This document shows, in pieces, positions 13,145 to 23,316 of a stretch of 34,465 nt of DNA. Source of the stretch: a virus (lineage: Duplodnaviria > Heunggongvirae > Uroviricota > Caudoviricetes). The DNA lies in IMG/VR virus record IMGVR_UViG_2869924733_000010, one strand, 5' to 3'. Each line of letters starts with the position of its first letter. Positions within the stretch are counted from its first letter, which is position 1. The notes beneath the pieces are model-generated. The model did not search any database, had not been told where the DNA came from, and saw nothing but the letters and a program-made list of their open reading frames with translations. The translations under genes were made by a program, and so were the position numbers.

Positions 13145-13930
13145 TTACATCAAAAATAACTTACAATATTTGTAAGTTGCTTTGTGTACGAAAATGCTTG
13201 CGTCAACTCTTGACATCGGATTTTTTAATATCCCTCCGGAACTTCCCTTTCCATGTCTCGCAAGATACCCTAACAGTTCAAAGCTATTAGCAGTGCCCGT
13301 GAATCTGCTGATTTCCTTTTCATCAATATTAAAAGCCATGCTAATTACTTTATCTCTCTGATATTTCTTGCCTTTATAAGCGTCGGGGAAATTTAGTATA
13401 CCTTTCACATATTTATCATATACATATTCTCTAATTGTTTCCCACAAACGATAAAGATTAACCCAATCATAACCTAAGGCACACATACCTAAAACAACAC
13501 GTAAGGATTCATGTTTAGATGATAAATTAATTAATCGTGAAAAATTATCAGCGCGAGGGTGTGGTTGCTGTATGTCATGGAAATTAAAGGGGTTTACCTG
13601 AGTTACATCCATTGATTTAAAGCCGCATATTTCCGAGTAATTAATGCCTTCACTTCCAGAAATAGAAAGAGGACCAAAAGATTGATATCTTTCAAAACCA
13701 TAAAGAACGCTAAGTGCGCCGTTCATGAGCATCAACAAACCTTTTAACTTGGAAGCCAATTCATTTGGGTCGGATATGATATTCAAATGAGGAGATGAAA
13801 GTAAATGAATATCTGTTTGCCCTAAATCAGAGTCAGAATCATCATTTATAGAGAAATCATTCGACCAAACTCCACATAATCCTTTAACAAATCCTGTAGA
13901 TGGAGTAAGTAAAAAACTATAATCGTACAT
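13145..13930 (-). CDS. Hypothetical protein, 261 aa, AT-rich orphan cargo gene
   Basis: Long ORF in low-GC DNA convergent with the HNH-like gene; no family recognised. Confidence 0.6.
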   Translation of the reverse strand: MYDYSFLLTPSTGFVKGLCGVWSNDFSINDDSDSDLGQTDIHLLSSPHLNIISDPNELASKLKGLLMLMNGALSVLYGFERYQSFGPLSISGSEGINYSEICGFKSMDVTQVNPFNFHDIQQPHPRADNFSRLINLSSKHESLRVVLGMCALGYDWVNLYRLWETIREYVYDKYVKGILNFPDAYKGKKYQRDKVISMAFNIDEKEISRFTGTANSFELLGYLARHGKGSSGGILKNPMSRVDASIFVHKATYKYCKLFLM

Positions 13931-14099
13931 AACTCAAATCCCTCTTTTTTATATCCTAAATGGAATACAAAAATTATTGTTTATTTGTTATGTTCAATAT
14001 ACTCACATAACCGAAAACTTTAACACGCTCATTCTAAGTGAACTAAATCTAAAGATATACCTTTGAAAACTGAAAACTCAATGCTGGCAACGTCCGCTC

Positions 14100-14135
14100 C
14101 TGGCACAAAGCGAACATTCCTTGACGTCCTGTCAG
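14100..14135 (-). repeat. Copy X of the ~30 bp conserved motif (core TGT-N11-ACG), ~190 nt upstream of the 261 aa ORF
   Basis: 28 of 35 positions identical to the copy at 18095..18130. Confidence 0.55.
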
Positions 14136-14200
14136 GGAAACCCACCTGGACGTTCAGGTGATTCTGTCGATTATAGTCATAAAAAAGCCGCCCCGGAGGG

Positions 14201-15501
14201 CTGAGGAATTCCCAGAAAACGAGACAGACATAGCATTATGTGATCTACTGATTTGTGCCAACAATTCAATGAGATCACTGCTATGCCTGTTCATAAAGTA
14301 TGTCAGAATTTCTTCCGGGATGCCTTAGCACCATTTCATCAGTACCGACAAAATGCCCTGATGGATGCCACAGTGGCGTTAATCAACGGAGCATCTCTGA
14401 CGCTGACCAGTATCGGACGTTTTTTCCCGGGTAATGCACAAGTTAAGAATAAGAGCAAACGTATTGATCGCCTCATGGGTAATGAGGCGCTCCATCGCGA
14501 TATTCCAATGATTTTCAGGAATATCACTTCAATGCTGACACGGCAGTTATCTTTATGTGTAATAGCCGTAGACTGGAGTGGCTATCCCTCCCAGGAGCAT
14601 CATGTTCTTCGTGCCAGCCTTCTGTGTGACGGGCGTTCCATTCCGTTATTGAGTAAGGTTGTTCCTTCTGAAAAACAAAATAATCCATTGATACAACATG
14701 ATTTCCTTGATTCCCTTGCTCAATCCCTGCCCCCCGATGCCAGGGTTATTATTGTCACGGATGCTGGATTTCAGAGCGCATGGTTTCACCATATTACTTC
14801 TCTGGGCTGGGATTTTATTGGTCGGATCAGAAATAACGTTCAGTATTGCCTCGATAACGCGCCTGAAAGATGGTTAAAAGTGTCGGATAGCCCTGAATGT
14901 AAAACACCGGAATATATGGGGGCTGGAAGGCTGGTTAAAGAAAGGAAAAAAAGCATCCGGGGGCATTTTTACACCTATAAGAAATCGGCAAAAGGGCGAA
15001 AAAAGAAACGTTCGAAAGGTCAGAGTGGTTTAAACAAAACAGACAAAGAACAGAGCAAATCAGCAAAAGAAGCCTGGTTGATCTTCAGCAGTACAAATGA
15101 CTTCAGAGCGCGAGAAATCATCAAGTTATACAGTCGGCGAATGCAGATAGAGCAAAACTTTCGTGATGAAAAGAACGGGCGCTTCGGATTTGGTCTTCGG
15201 GCCAGCAAAAGTCGTTCAACAGGAAGAATTCTGGTTCTGAGTCTGCTGGCAACGTTGAGCACTATCGTAATGTGGTTACTCGGTTATCACGCTGAAAATA
15301 AAGGGTTACACCTGAAATATCAGGCTAACAGCATTAAATCCCGGCGGGTTATCTCATATCTGACGTTAGCGAAGAATGTTCTTCGACACTCGCCACTTAT
15401 TTTAAGACGAACAGTACTGAGCACAGTTCTAAACCATCTGTCCAGAACCTACCGAAATATGGTGCTGGTTTATTAGCAGTAATTTTGTGGGGATCCCTCA
15501 G
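14201..15501 (+). mobile_element. IS10-like element (IS4 family), 9 bp duplication CCCGGAGGG
   Basis: Ends CTGAGGAATTCCCA / CTGAGGGATCCCCA (inverted); duplication at 14192..14200 and 15502..15510. Confidence 0.8.
14253..15476 (+). CDS. IS10-like transposase
   Basis: 407 aa; KRIDRLMGN, VTDAGFQSAWF and YSRRMQIEQNFRDEK align with IS10 transposase. Confidence 0.8.
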   Translation: MCQQFNEITAMPVHKVCQNFFRDALAPFHQYRQNALMDATVALINGASLTLTSIGRFFPGNAQVKNKSKRIDRLMGNEALHRDIPMIFRNITSMLTRQLSLCVIAVDWSGYPSQEHHVLRASLLCDGRSIPLLSKVVPSEKQNNPLIQHDFLDSLAQSLPPDARVIIVTDAGFQSAWFHHITSLGWDFIGRIRNNVQYCLDNAPERWLKVSDSPECKTPEYMGAGRLVKERKKSIRGHFYTYKKSAKGRKKKRSKGQSGLNKTDKEQSKSAKEAWLIFSSTNDFRAREIIKLYSRRMQIEQNFRDEKNGRFGFGLRASKSRSTGRILVLSLLATLSTIVMWLLGYHAENKGLHLKYQANSIKSRRVISYLTLAKNVLRHSPLILRRTVLSTVLNHLSRTYRNMVLVY

Positions 15502-15659
15502 CCCGGAGGGACGGCTATAAACTCGCCAGTTAACAAGCTGATTTTACCGCTTACGCGGTTCTGTCGTTGCGGTGTTCGCTGACCCACTGCGCCTTTACAG
15601 TTTATCGCTTATGAATCCATGAGCCTTAAATGTCCTGACAAAATCCTCATAGCGCGCAA

Positions 15660-16277
15660 TCATCCCCCCGATGTTTCACGCACATTTTGCTGATGAAAGC
15701 GGAAGTTTGCCTCCGATTCAACACTCTTACTCTTCCAGTCATGGGGAAGGCTTAGCATCACTGGCTTTCTGTTCGGGTAATCAACACTCATAAATGGTAG
15801 CGTACTATCTACGTATGCGGTCATAGCGTCCAAAAAAGCGTCTTTCGCACCATTCACTTCAGTATTGAATAACCGATACTTTTCACCGCTAAATTTTTCA
15901 GCTTTTTCAATGTTTAAGCAAACATCTTGCCGTATACCGCTCAGGTAGCTCTGCTCAACCCATTGAGTAGTATCCTCATAAGGCAGCAATTCAAGGATCT
16001 GGTCGATTATCTTCAGATCATGTTCATCTTGCTTTTTTTTTACAGGGTCCTCAGTAGATTCATTGGATGTGTGGTAAACGTTGGTGGTCTGATTAATATC
16101 CCGCCCGGCCTGGTTCACATCACCCTCGGTTTTCTTTGCCTTCTGTTTTATGTTGTTTTGCTGTCTGATTCTATATGTAACACCGCCCCCAATACCAAAC
16201 AGTGCCAGTACGCCGACTAATAAGCTAAGATAGGTAGCTGCGTCTGCACCAAAATGTGCATTAAGCCATTCAGTCAT
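15660..16277 (-). CDS. Hypothetical membrane-anchored protein, 205 aa (N-terminal TM helix), cargo gene
   Basis: Hydrophobic segment YLSLLVGVLALFGIGGGV then a polar ~170 aa domain; stop codon sits directly on a G6 run, so the 3' end is uncertain. Confidence 0.55.
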   Translation of the reverse strand: MTEWLNAHFGADAATYLSLLVGVLALFGIGGGVTYRIRQQNNIKQKAKKTEGDVNQAGRDINQTTNVYHTSNESTEDPVKKKQDEHDLKIIDQILELLPYEDTTQWVEQSYLSGIRQDVCLNIEKAEKFSGEKYRLFNTEVNGAKDAFLDAMTAYVDSTLPFMSVDYPNRKPVMLSLPHDWKSKSVESEANFRFHQQNVRETSGG

Positions 16278-16363
16278 TTGAACTATGTCCTTACAGTGTG
16301 AGTAAGGATTATAATAACAGAGCTAACTTGCGCAGAAACGAAAAAAGGCAGGTGGATTTGCCC

Positions 16364-17269
16364 CTATATTTCCAGACATCTGTTATCACTTAACCCATTA
16401 CAAGCCCGCTGCCGCAGATATTCCCGTGGCGAGCGATAACCCAGCGCACTATGCGGATGCCATTCGTTATAATGCTCGAACGCCTCTGCAAGGTTCTTTG
16501 CTGCCGTTAACCCGTCTGGTTTGGGCATGATACTGATGTAGTCACGCTTTATCGTTTTCACGAAGCTCTCTGCTATTCCGTTACTCTCCGGACTCCGCAC
16601 CGCCGTGTTCTTCGGTTCAAGTCCCAACATCCGGGCGAACTGGCGTGTTTCATTAGCCCGGTAGCATGAACCATTATCCGTCAGCCACTCCACTGGAGAC
16701 GACGGAAGATCGTTGCCGAAGCGGCGTTCCACCGCTCCCAGCATGACGTCCTGTACTGTTTCACTGTTGAAGCCGCCGGTAGTCACCGCCCAGTGCAGTG
16801 CCTCACGATCACAGCAGTCCAGCGCGAACGTGACACGCAGTCTCTCTCCGTTATCACAGCAGAACTCGAACCCGTCAGAGCACCATCGCTGATTGCTTTC
16901 TTTCACGGCCACTCTGCCTGTATGTGCCCGTTTCGATGGCGGTACAGCAGGTTTTCGCTCAAGCAACAGCGCATTCTGGCGCATGATCCGGTAAACACGT
17001 TTGGCATTGTTCGCAGGCATACCATCAAGTTCTGCCTGTCTGCGAAGCAGCGCCCATACCCGACGATAACCATACGTGGGCAGCTCTCCGATAACATGGT
17101 GTATACGGAGAAGCACATCCGTATCATCAGTGTGACGACTGCGGCGGCCATCCATCCAGTCATCGGTTCGTCTGAGAATGACGTGCAACTGCGCACGCGA
17201 CACCCGGAGACAACGGCTGACTAAGCTTACTCCCCATCCCCGGGCAATAAGGGCGCGTGCGCTATCCAC
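16364..17269 (-). CDS. insD: IS2 transposase InsD
   Basis: 301 aa, recognised as IS2 InsD. Confidence 0.9.
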
Positions 17270-17592
17270 TTTTTTGCCCGTCCATATTCAACGGCTTCTT
17301 TGAGGAGTTCATTTTCCATCGTTTTCTTGCCGAGCAGGCGCTGGAGTTCTTTAATCTGCTTCATGGCGGCAGCAAGTTCAGAGGCAGGAACAACCTGTTC
17401 TCCGGCGGCCACAGCAGTAAGACTTCCTTCCTGGTATTGCTTACGCCAGAGAAATAACTGGCTGGCTGCTACACCATGTTGCCGGGCAACGAGGGAGACC
17501 GTCATCCCCGGTTCAAAGCTCTGCTGAACAATTGCGATCTTTTCCTGTGTGGTACGCCGTCTGCGTTTCTCCGGCCCTAAGACATCAATCAT
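17227..17592 (-). CDS. insC: IS2 InsC
   Basis: 121 aa from internal Met [13 protein letters not shown]. Confidence 0.85.
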
Positions 17593-18094
17593 CTGTACTC
17601 CAATGACTAGTCTAAAAACTAGTATTAAGACTATCACTTATTTAAGTGATACTGGTTGTCTGGAGATTCAGGGGGCCAGTCTAGCAGGGGAGGTAACCCC
17701 CCTGCCTTTAATCAAGTTCCTCCATCCCTTACGGGCGTCCGGTCAGTTGCTTGATGACAACCAGACCAGCTAGCATTATTTGCATCACCAGTAAGACTGT
17801 TGTTAGCGTTATCACTTCGACGTCTCCTCTTCCAGGAGAGCGCCACACGTAGTAAGTGCTTTTGGTTCTACCCGCCCCCCTCACTCCGCATACCATTAGT
17901 TAGCAGGTACAAGCAGCACTCTTTCGTGTGGTAAGCAAACAGGACAGCACTGGACTGACGCCTTGAGCTTTAATATTTCCTTCCGATCCATACAACTAGG
18001 TCTGTTAAAAGCCCCTAGGACGAATTCTACAGAGATGGCTATGGTGCAGGTTTCGGCTATAGGGCTCTTTGATGTAATCGAGGGTCATAACGTT

Positions 18095-18130
18095 GGCAAT
18101 GTCTGCTCCTGGCACAGAGCGGACTATCAG
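18095..18130 (-). repeat. Copy Y of the ~30 bp conserved motif (core TGT-N11-ACA), just downstream of the G stop
   Basis: ggcaatgtctgctcctggcacagagcggac; overlaps a 9 bp stem hairpin ggcacagag..ctctgtgcc. Confidence 0.55.
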
Positions 18131-18173
18131 ATTAGGCTTTACTCTGTGCCATAGATATGTAAGCTAATACAAC

Positions 18174-18701
18174 TTATTGCGGCATTTCCGGCCATTCAGG
18201 ATTTGCAGGATCCACACGACTGACCAGAACGCTGTAGCGTTCCCATGATTCCAGTCGGCTACGCTCCTCATCTGTTGCCATGTTCAGTCTGACCGCGCGC
18301 TCCAGCGGCAAAATCACGGATTCAGCATCTGCAAGAAGTCTGGCTTTCCGAATTTCTGCCTGCTGCTGTAATTCCTCTGCCGTATAAACGCGTTTAATCA
18401 CTTTGCCGTCCTTAAACATCCAGTTCCCTGAAATGTCCGCCCGTCGGTTAGCAGTAATATCCGCCACTTCAACAACACTTAATCCATCCGGTCTGATAGC
18501 TGTCACATCCTTTTCCACATAGTGGATGATATTATCTTTGTCGTACGCTATTTTTATCGTGTCATCAGCAAAATACTTTTGTTCTTCGTACCAGTTCTTA
18601 CCATCTTCTGAAAAAAACCAGACAACATCAAAGTCCTTTGTCAATTGATATTGTTCAACCGTTTTTGGATTACCCGCCGTAATATTTTTTAAATGCTGCA
18701 T
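18174..18701 (-). CDS. G: P2 gpG tail fibre assembly protein
   Basis: 175 aa, matches P2 G. Confidence 0.85.
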   Translation of the reverse strand: MQHLKNITAGNPKTVEQYQLTKDFDVVWFFSEDGKNWYEEQKYFADDTIKIAYDKDNIIHYVEKDVTAIRPDGLSVVEVADITANRRADISGNWMFKDGKVIKRVYTAEELQQQAEIRKARLLADAESVILPLERAVRLNMATDEERSRLESWERYSVLVSRVDPANPEWPEMPQ

Positions 18702-18704
18702 AAA

Positions 18705-20810
18705 TTATACCTGCACCACGTTATACCATGTCCCGTTAATGTATTTCTGCACCGGTCTGTAATATACGCCACCAATGTTATCGGCAGAGTTTGAGCCGGT
18801 ATCCTGAACAATAATGCCGGTATATACGCAACCTGACGGAGCCTGATGCGTCCATGTAGTACCATTATTTGCTGGTTTATATGTAGATGCACCGCCCAGC
18901 CGCATGTCTCTCACATAACGTGAATCTGACTCAGTTTTGGTGTATGCACCAACATCTCCCGCTGAGGGTTTATGAGCAGTTGTATATAGTTGCGCCCATC
19001 CAGACCAGTTAGCATCTGTGGTATCTCGTCGGGAACGAATATATGCCGGAGCATGAGCACCGCTGGTTCCACTCCAACCAATAAGTAACTCACCCTCTCC
19101 TACTGCGGTTACGCCAGTGAGATGAAGCACATTACCATAGGCTGTTGGGTAGCCATTGTTGTATGCCTCATACATCTGAATACCTGGTGTCCCCTTTACG
19201 CTCCCACCTAATGCAGTAACACGGTTTCTGGATACCAGTGTATTAATATTTATATCGGCAGAGCCATCAAATCTGACACCATTAATATTTCTTGCGTTCG
19301 CTAACTTCGTTGCTGTTGCAGCATTTCCTGAAAGGCTGGAAATAAATGGATGTGAACAGTAATAACCACGTCCATTTTTAAAATCCAGAATAGCCTGTGC
19401 GTTCGTGCTTTCTGTAGCGGGATTAGTTGCCCCCCACTTATATGTCGTTTGACCGACGACATAATCCTCTGTCGGAACAATAACCGTTAGCCCTTCCTCT
19501 GCAAGAATTTGTACAGGGAAAGCTCTGGCTTCAACATAAAAAACACTACATACATCATCATCTTTCAGGCTTGTAACAATGGAATGGATTGAACGCTCAT
19601 TAGTCTGATACGTCCAGTAATAACCTGCCGCATATGAACCACGATCAGTCCAGCCTCCGGGCATAACCATGCCATTAAACTCGCAGTTATTCATTACATA
19701 ATCGCCGTTATAACAACCAGTGGAAATAACAACGCGGGATGCCATTTCTCCTGAAAGGCTGGCAGCACGGCGAAAGATAACGGGGTACCACTTCCCGGCA
19801 ACGACATTTGCAGGGGCTGCAAACGAATACTTTCGCATTCCCTTTTTCTTATCCACTTCACCTTTGCTGTAAACATTAATGTTACTCAGGAAGCGTTCTT
19901 TATCAGGGATATCCGCACCGTTCTGATCTTTCTGAAGACGTTTTTCAGCATTGTCATAGGCAGACTTCACCGCCTTTGGCGTTGCAGCCTGCGTTTCAGA
20001 ATCACTGTTGGTGGCGCTACTGAGCTGAACAAGGCCTTTTCGCGCTGTTGTGGCATCCTGTGCAGTGTATTTCCCGTTAGCAAGGTCATATGCTTTCGGC
20101 GTTGCGGCGAGCGTTTCAGACGTGCTGTTAGTCGCACTACTGAGCTGAACAAGGCCTTTTCGCGCGGTGGTGGCATCCTGCGCGGTATATTTCCCGTTAG
20201 CAAGGTCATAGGCGGTCTTTACCGCTCTCGGCGTTGCAGCCAGTGTTTCAGACATGCTGTTGGTCGCACTGCTTAACTGAGTAAAACCTTTTGCGGTCAG
20301 CGAGGCGTCCGGGTGACGTCGTGACTGTTCGTGCTCTGCAATTTTGTCATCAACGTAATCCTGCGTCGCCATCACCGTTGTGGTGTCAATGGTCAGCTCC
20401 ACTGAGGCCACACTGCTGACGATGATGACCATACGGCAGGTCTGCGAACGCCCTGAGCCTTCGGCAAGAGCTGGCTTATAACTTTCGGCCATGTTCGCCA
20501 CGGCAATTAACGTTCCCGCATCATCGTACAGGCCAAGCTCACGCATCCAGAAACCGCCCACCTCCGGCGGAATAACCAGCTCTGCGATAATATAATTACT
20601 GTTTCGTTTGTCTTGGCTGATTTTGTTCAGCGCATGTCGCCAGACTTCATGGATAAGCCCGGTCTGTCCGGCATCCGGGACAGGCAATTTACCACCGCCA
20701 TCCCCGACGGCCATCGTGGTAATGTTGACCTTCCGCCCTCCCGGTGCGGTTGCCGCTGCCAGCTTTGCTGCACCGGCAGTGGTGATAACGGTTCTGAATT
20801 TTGTGCTCAT
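18705..20810 (-). CDS. H: P2 gpH tail fibre
   Basis: 701 aa; conserved N-terminal region and internal repeats. Confidence 0.85.
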   Translation of the reverse strand: MSTKFRTVITTAGAAKLAAATAPGGRKVNITTMAVGDGGGKLPVPDAGQTGLIHEVWRHALNKISQDKRNSNYIIAELVIPPEVGGFWMRELGLYDDAGTLIAVANMAESYKPALAEGSGRSQTCRMVIIVSSVASVELTIDTTTVMATQDYVDDKIAEHEQSRRHPDASLTAKGFTQLSSATNSMSETLAATPRAVKTAYDLANGKYTAQDATTARKGLVQLSSATNSTSETLAATPKAYDLANGKYTAQDATTARKGLVQLSSATNSDSETQAATPKAVKSAYDNAEKRLQKDQNGADIPDKERFLSNINVYSKGEVDKKKGMRKYSFAAPANVVAGKWYPVIFRRAASLSGEMASRVVISTGCYNGDYVMNNCEFNGMVMPGGWTDRGSYAAGYYWTYQTNERSIHSIVTSLKDDDVCSVFYVEARAFPVQILAEEGLTVIVPTEDYVVGQTTYKWGATNPATESTNAQAILDFKNGRGYYCSHPFISSLSGNAATATKLANARNINGVRFDGSADININTLVSRNRVTALGGSVKGTPGIQMYEAYNNGYPTAYGNVLHLTGVTAVGEGELLIGWSGTSGAHAPAYIRSRRDTTDANWSGWAQLYTTAHKPSAGDVGAYTKTESDSRYVRDMRLGGASTYKPANNGTTWTHQAPSGCVYTGIIVQDTGSNSADNIGGVYYRPVQKYINGTWYNVVQV
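19946..20297. repeat. Tandem ~120 nt coding repeats inside tail fibre gene H
   Basis: Protein segment YDLANGKYTAQDATTARKGLVQLSSATNS occurs twice in full with partial flanking copies. Confidence 0.7.
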
Positions 20811-20820
20811 TATTCCTCAC

Positions 20821-21351
20821 TTATCCGGGGTAAACCGTAATTACATCGCCGTCATAAGCCACACCACCGGCGAACAGGTAGCCGGGAATGTCCCGGGTAA
20901 TGTTCAGGCCAATAAGGTGGCGGCTTGCAGGTTTGGCATCAGCAATCAGCCGTTCCATTTCCTGATACATTGCCTCTGTGATGCCACTTTCCAGTACACC
21001 AATATCAAGCCGGAAGGTGCCCGGCGGGTCACTGGTTTCCCACCACTCCGTCACGTTGATGAGATAGCCTAGCGGCTCCACCACACGCCGGATTGCACCT
21101 ATAGTGCCTTTATGACAGTGGATGAAATAGGCATCGCGAATAACGGCGCGTTTGGTCGCTTCCGGCCACTTTTCATCCCACCTGTCGACCGAAAACGCCC
21201 ACGCCAGCCACGGCAGCAGATTTGCCGGGCAGGTGTCCGGGTTCCACAGCTCACGAATACTGACCGGTGTTTTTTCAATTTCCGCACAGGCTTTTGCGGC
21301 GGCGACTTCAAGCGGTGATGAGCCGGTCGGCAGCAGTCGCGAATCACTCAT
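20821..21351 (-). CDS. I: P2 gpI baseplate protein
   Basis: 176 aa. Confidence 0.85.
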   Translation of the reverse strand: MSDSRLLPTGSSPLEVAAAKACAEIEKTPVSIRELWNPDTCPANLLPWLAWAFSVDRWDEKWPEATKRAVIRDAYFIHCHKGTIGAIRRVVEPLGYLINVTEWWETSDPPGTFRLDIGVLESGITEAMYQEMERLIADAKPASRHLIGLNITRDIPGYLFAGGVAYDGDVITVYPG

Positions 21352-22252
21352 CCGAGCCTCCGGTCACGACGCGGTATTCAGTACAGAAAGACGCCTGCGT
21401 ACTGTTGAGCACGATGTCAGCCAGCGGTGCAGTCAGTTCGACACGCTGCACGCCTTCCACATGCAAAGCGGCATAAATGGCAGACAGACGGATGTCGCGC
21501 CCCAGCCGGTGCTGTGCCGTGATGTACGCTTCCAGTTTTTTCACGGCAGCAGCGCGGATGGGTTCGCTTTCGGGACCTGGGTAAAGGTAAAGTGTGGCGT
21601 TTATCTGATATTCAACAATGGCGGCAGACTGCACGGTCACGCGGTCGGCCACCGGCCTGACGTCCTCGCCATTAAGGGCGTTACGCACCACGGCCAGCAG
21701 GTCTTCGGATGCGACGCCGTTATTTTCACGTGACAGCACGGAGATAGTGACGCAGGCCGGAGACGGACTGGTGACAGAGATATCCGCGACACGCCCGTCA
21801 GCACTGCGACCATGATACTGATAGGCTCCCACCGACCCGGCGACGCTTAAGCCTTCAAACGCCTGCTGAATACGCAGACGATAATCCGTGTCAGACTCCA
21901 TCACTGCCGGTGTCGGCGGGATAGTCGAATCATCTGCCGGGGTGATAGTCAGACGCGTGGTGTTGTAATTGGCACCAATCACATCAAGGTCATTACCGGC
22001 GGCACAGGCCAGCATCACCGCCCGTGCGGCCTCATTCACACGCTGACGCCAGATAAGCTCACGATAAGCATTTTCCTCCAGCAGTTTGACGAGAGGCTCA
22101 GATTCCAGCGTCAGGGGACGGGCGACCGCCTCCTGCTGGTCTTCCGGGTAAAGGGAAATCAGTGTCGCCTTGCGTTCGGCGAGAATGGTTTCAAAGTCCA
22201 GCTCCTCGACCACATCCGGTGCGGGTAGCTGGTTCAGGTCGATAATCGGCAT
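21344..22252 (-). CDS. J: P2 gpJ baseplate protein
   Basis: 302 aa. Confidence 0.85.
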   Translation of the reverse strand: MPIIDLNQLPAPDVVEELDFETILAERKATLISLYPEDQQEAVARPLTLESEPLVKLLEENAYRELIWRQRVNEAARAVMLACAAGNDLDVIGANYNTTRLTITPADDSTIPPTPAVMESDTDYRLRIQQAFEGLSVAGSVGAYQYHGRSADGRVADISVTSPSPACVTISVLSRENNGVASEDLLAVVRNALNGEDVRPVADRVTVQSAAIVEYQINATLYLYPGPESEPIRAAAVKKLEAYITAQHRLGRDIRLSAIYAALHVEGVQRVELTAPLADIVLNSTQASFCTEYRVVTGGSDE

Positions 22253-22256
22253 GGTT

Positions 22257-22604
22257 TCAACTCACAGGGATGGTTAACGAAAGTGGCTGGCCGGTGTCGT
22301 TGTGCTGGCCGGTTAACGTGACCGTCATTCGCCCATCAAAGCTGCGCGCCGTGGTGACGGATGACAGGGTGACGCGGGGTTCCCATTTCAGCACCGCCAT
22401 GTAACAGGCGACCTTAATCTGCAACTCAAGCGCCGGGGTCTGCGGCTGGTCAATCATTGACGCCAGCAACGAGCCGTAATCACGACGCATCACCCGTGAG
22501 CCGACCGGTGTGCGCAGGATATCGCCGATACTCTGGCTGATATGCTCAAGGTCAGTGACCGTCAGGCCATCACTGCGATTCATTCCAAGATAACGCGCTG
22601 TCAT
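22257..22604 (-). CDS. W: P2 gpW baseplate protein
   Basis: 115 aa. Confidence 0.85.
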   Translation of the reverse strand: MTARYLGMNRSDGLTVTDLEHISQSIGDILRTPVGSRVMRRDYGSLLASMIDQPQTPALELQIKVACYMAVLKWEPRVTLSSVTTARSFDGRMTVTLTGQHNDTGQPLSLTIPVS

Positions 22605-23230
22605 AGAGGACTCCCGGTTGTGCCGCCGCTGTCGCCGGGGTGTTTATGGGTATGCAGTACCTTACCGTTTGATGAGAGTTCACCGCCGGTATGTTTAATG
22701 TTGCCGCGCATCGTCCCGCCCTTCTGCACTTCCAGCGTGCCGGTAATCAGTCTGTTGGTGCAGACCACCTCCGGGGTGTCCAGGGTGATGCGGGTTGACG
22801 CTTTCACCATGACCACCGGCACCGTGGCAGTAACAGAATCAGAAGCCGTCACGCTGGCCGTTTTAATTCCGCTTACCGTGAGTGCACTGGTTTCGGGTTC
22901 ATACTCAATCACCGCCCCGTCAGGGAAACGGATATGCAGGGCATCCGCCGACGCAGACGGCGCGGGGTTATCGCAGGAATAAATCCCCGGCAGAACGAAC
23001 GCCGTGTCGAGTTCACCGCCCACGGCCAGAATCAGCACCTGTTCCCCCACGGAAGGTGCCCACCATGTGCGCGAACGTCCGGCGCGATGGGTCAGCCACT
23101 GAAGCCAGTCGGTGCACATGCCGCCGGTCTGCACACGGCAGCGACCGGCATTAAGGTCGGTTTCGACAATAATGCCAGTGCGAATCATATTGCGTATAAA
23201 GCGAAGAATTTCATTGTATTGTGCATTCAT
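22601..23230 (-). CDS. V: P2 gpV baseplate spike
   Basis: 209 aa from internal Met MNAQYNEILRFIRNMIRTGIIVETD; ORF track start at 23308 is too long. Confidence 0.8.
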   Translation of the reverse strand: MNAQYNEILRFIRNMIRTGIIVETDLNAGRCRVQTGGMCTDWLQWLTHRAGRSRTWWAPSVGEQVLILAVGGELDTAFVLPGIYSCDNPAPSASADALHIRFPDGAVIEYEPETSALTVSGIKTASVTASDSVTATVPVVMVKASTRITLDTPEVVCTNRLITGTLEVQKGGTMRGNIKHTGGELSSNGKVLHTHKHPGDSGGTTGSPL

Positions 23231-23316
23231 TCGATAATAATGATTCTGTACAATCTCGAAGTAAATCACACCACGATTTCTGGTGCACAGAACAACAAGG
23301 GACAACAAAATCCATT

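Larger units (their letters stand above)
16353..17683 (-). mobile_element. IS2 (1331 bp), 5 bp duplication GCAGG, inserted in a terminator hairpin
   Basis: Ends TGGATTTGCCCCTAT and ...GGGGGCCAGTCTA; GCAGG at 16348..16352 and 17684..17688. Confidence 0.9.

Noticed and set aside
17963-18154. 63 aa plus-strand ORF in the non-coding stretch next to G
   Set aside because: Opposite to local transcription, no start context, and overlaps the hairpin and motif copy.
18095-18170. ERIC-like element suggested by atgtaagct and gctcctgg
   Set aside because: Only two short octamer matches; the rest does not follow the ERIC consensus as I recall it.
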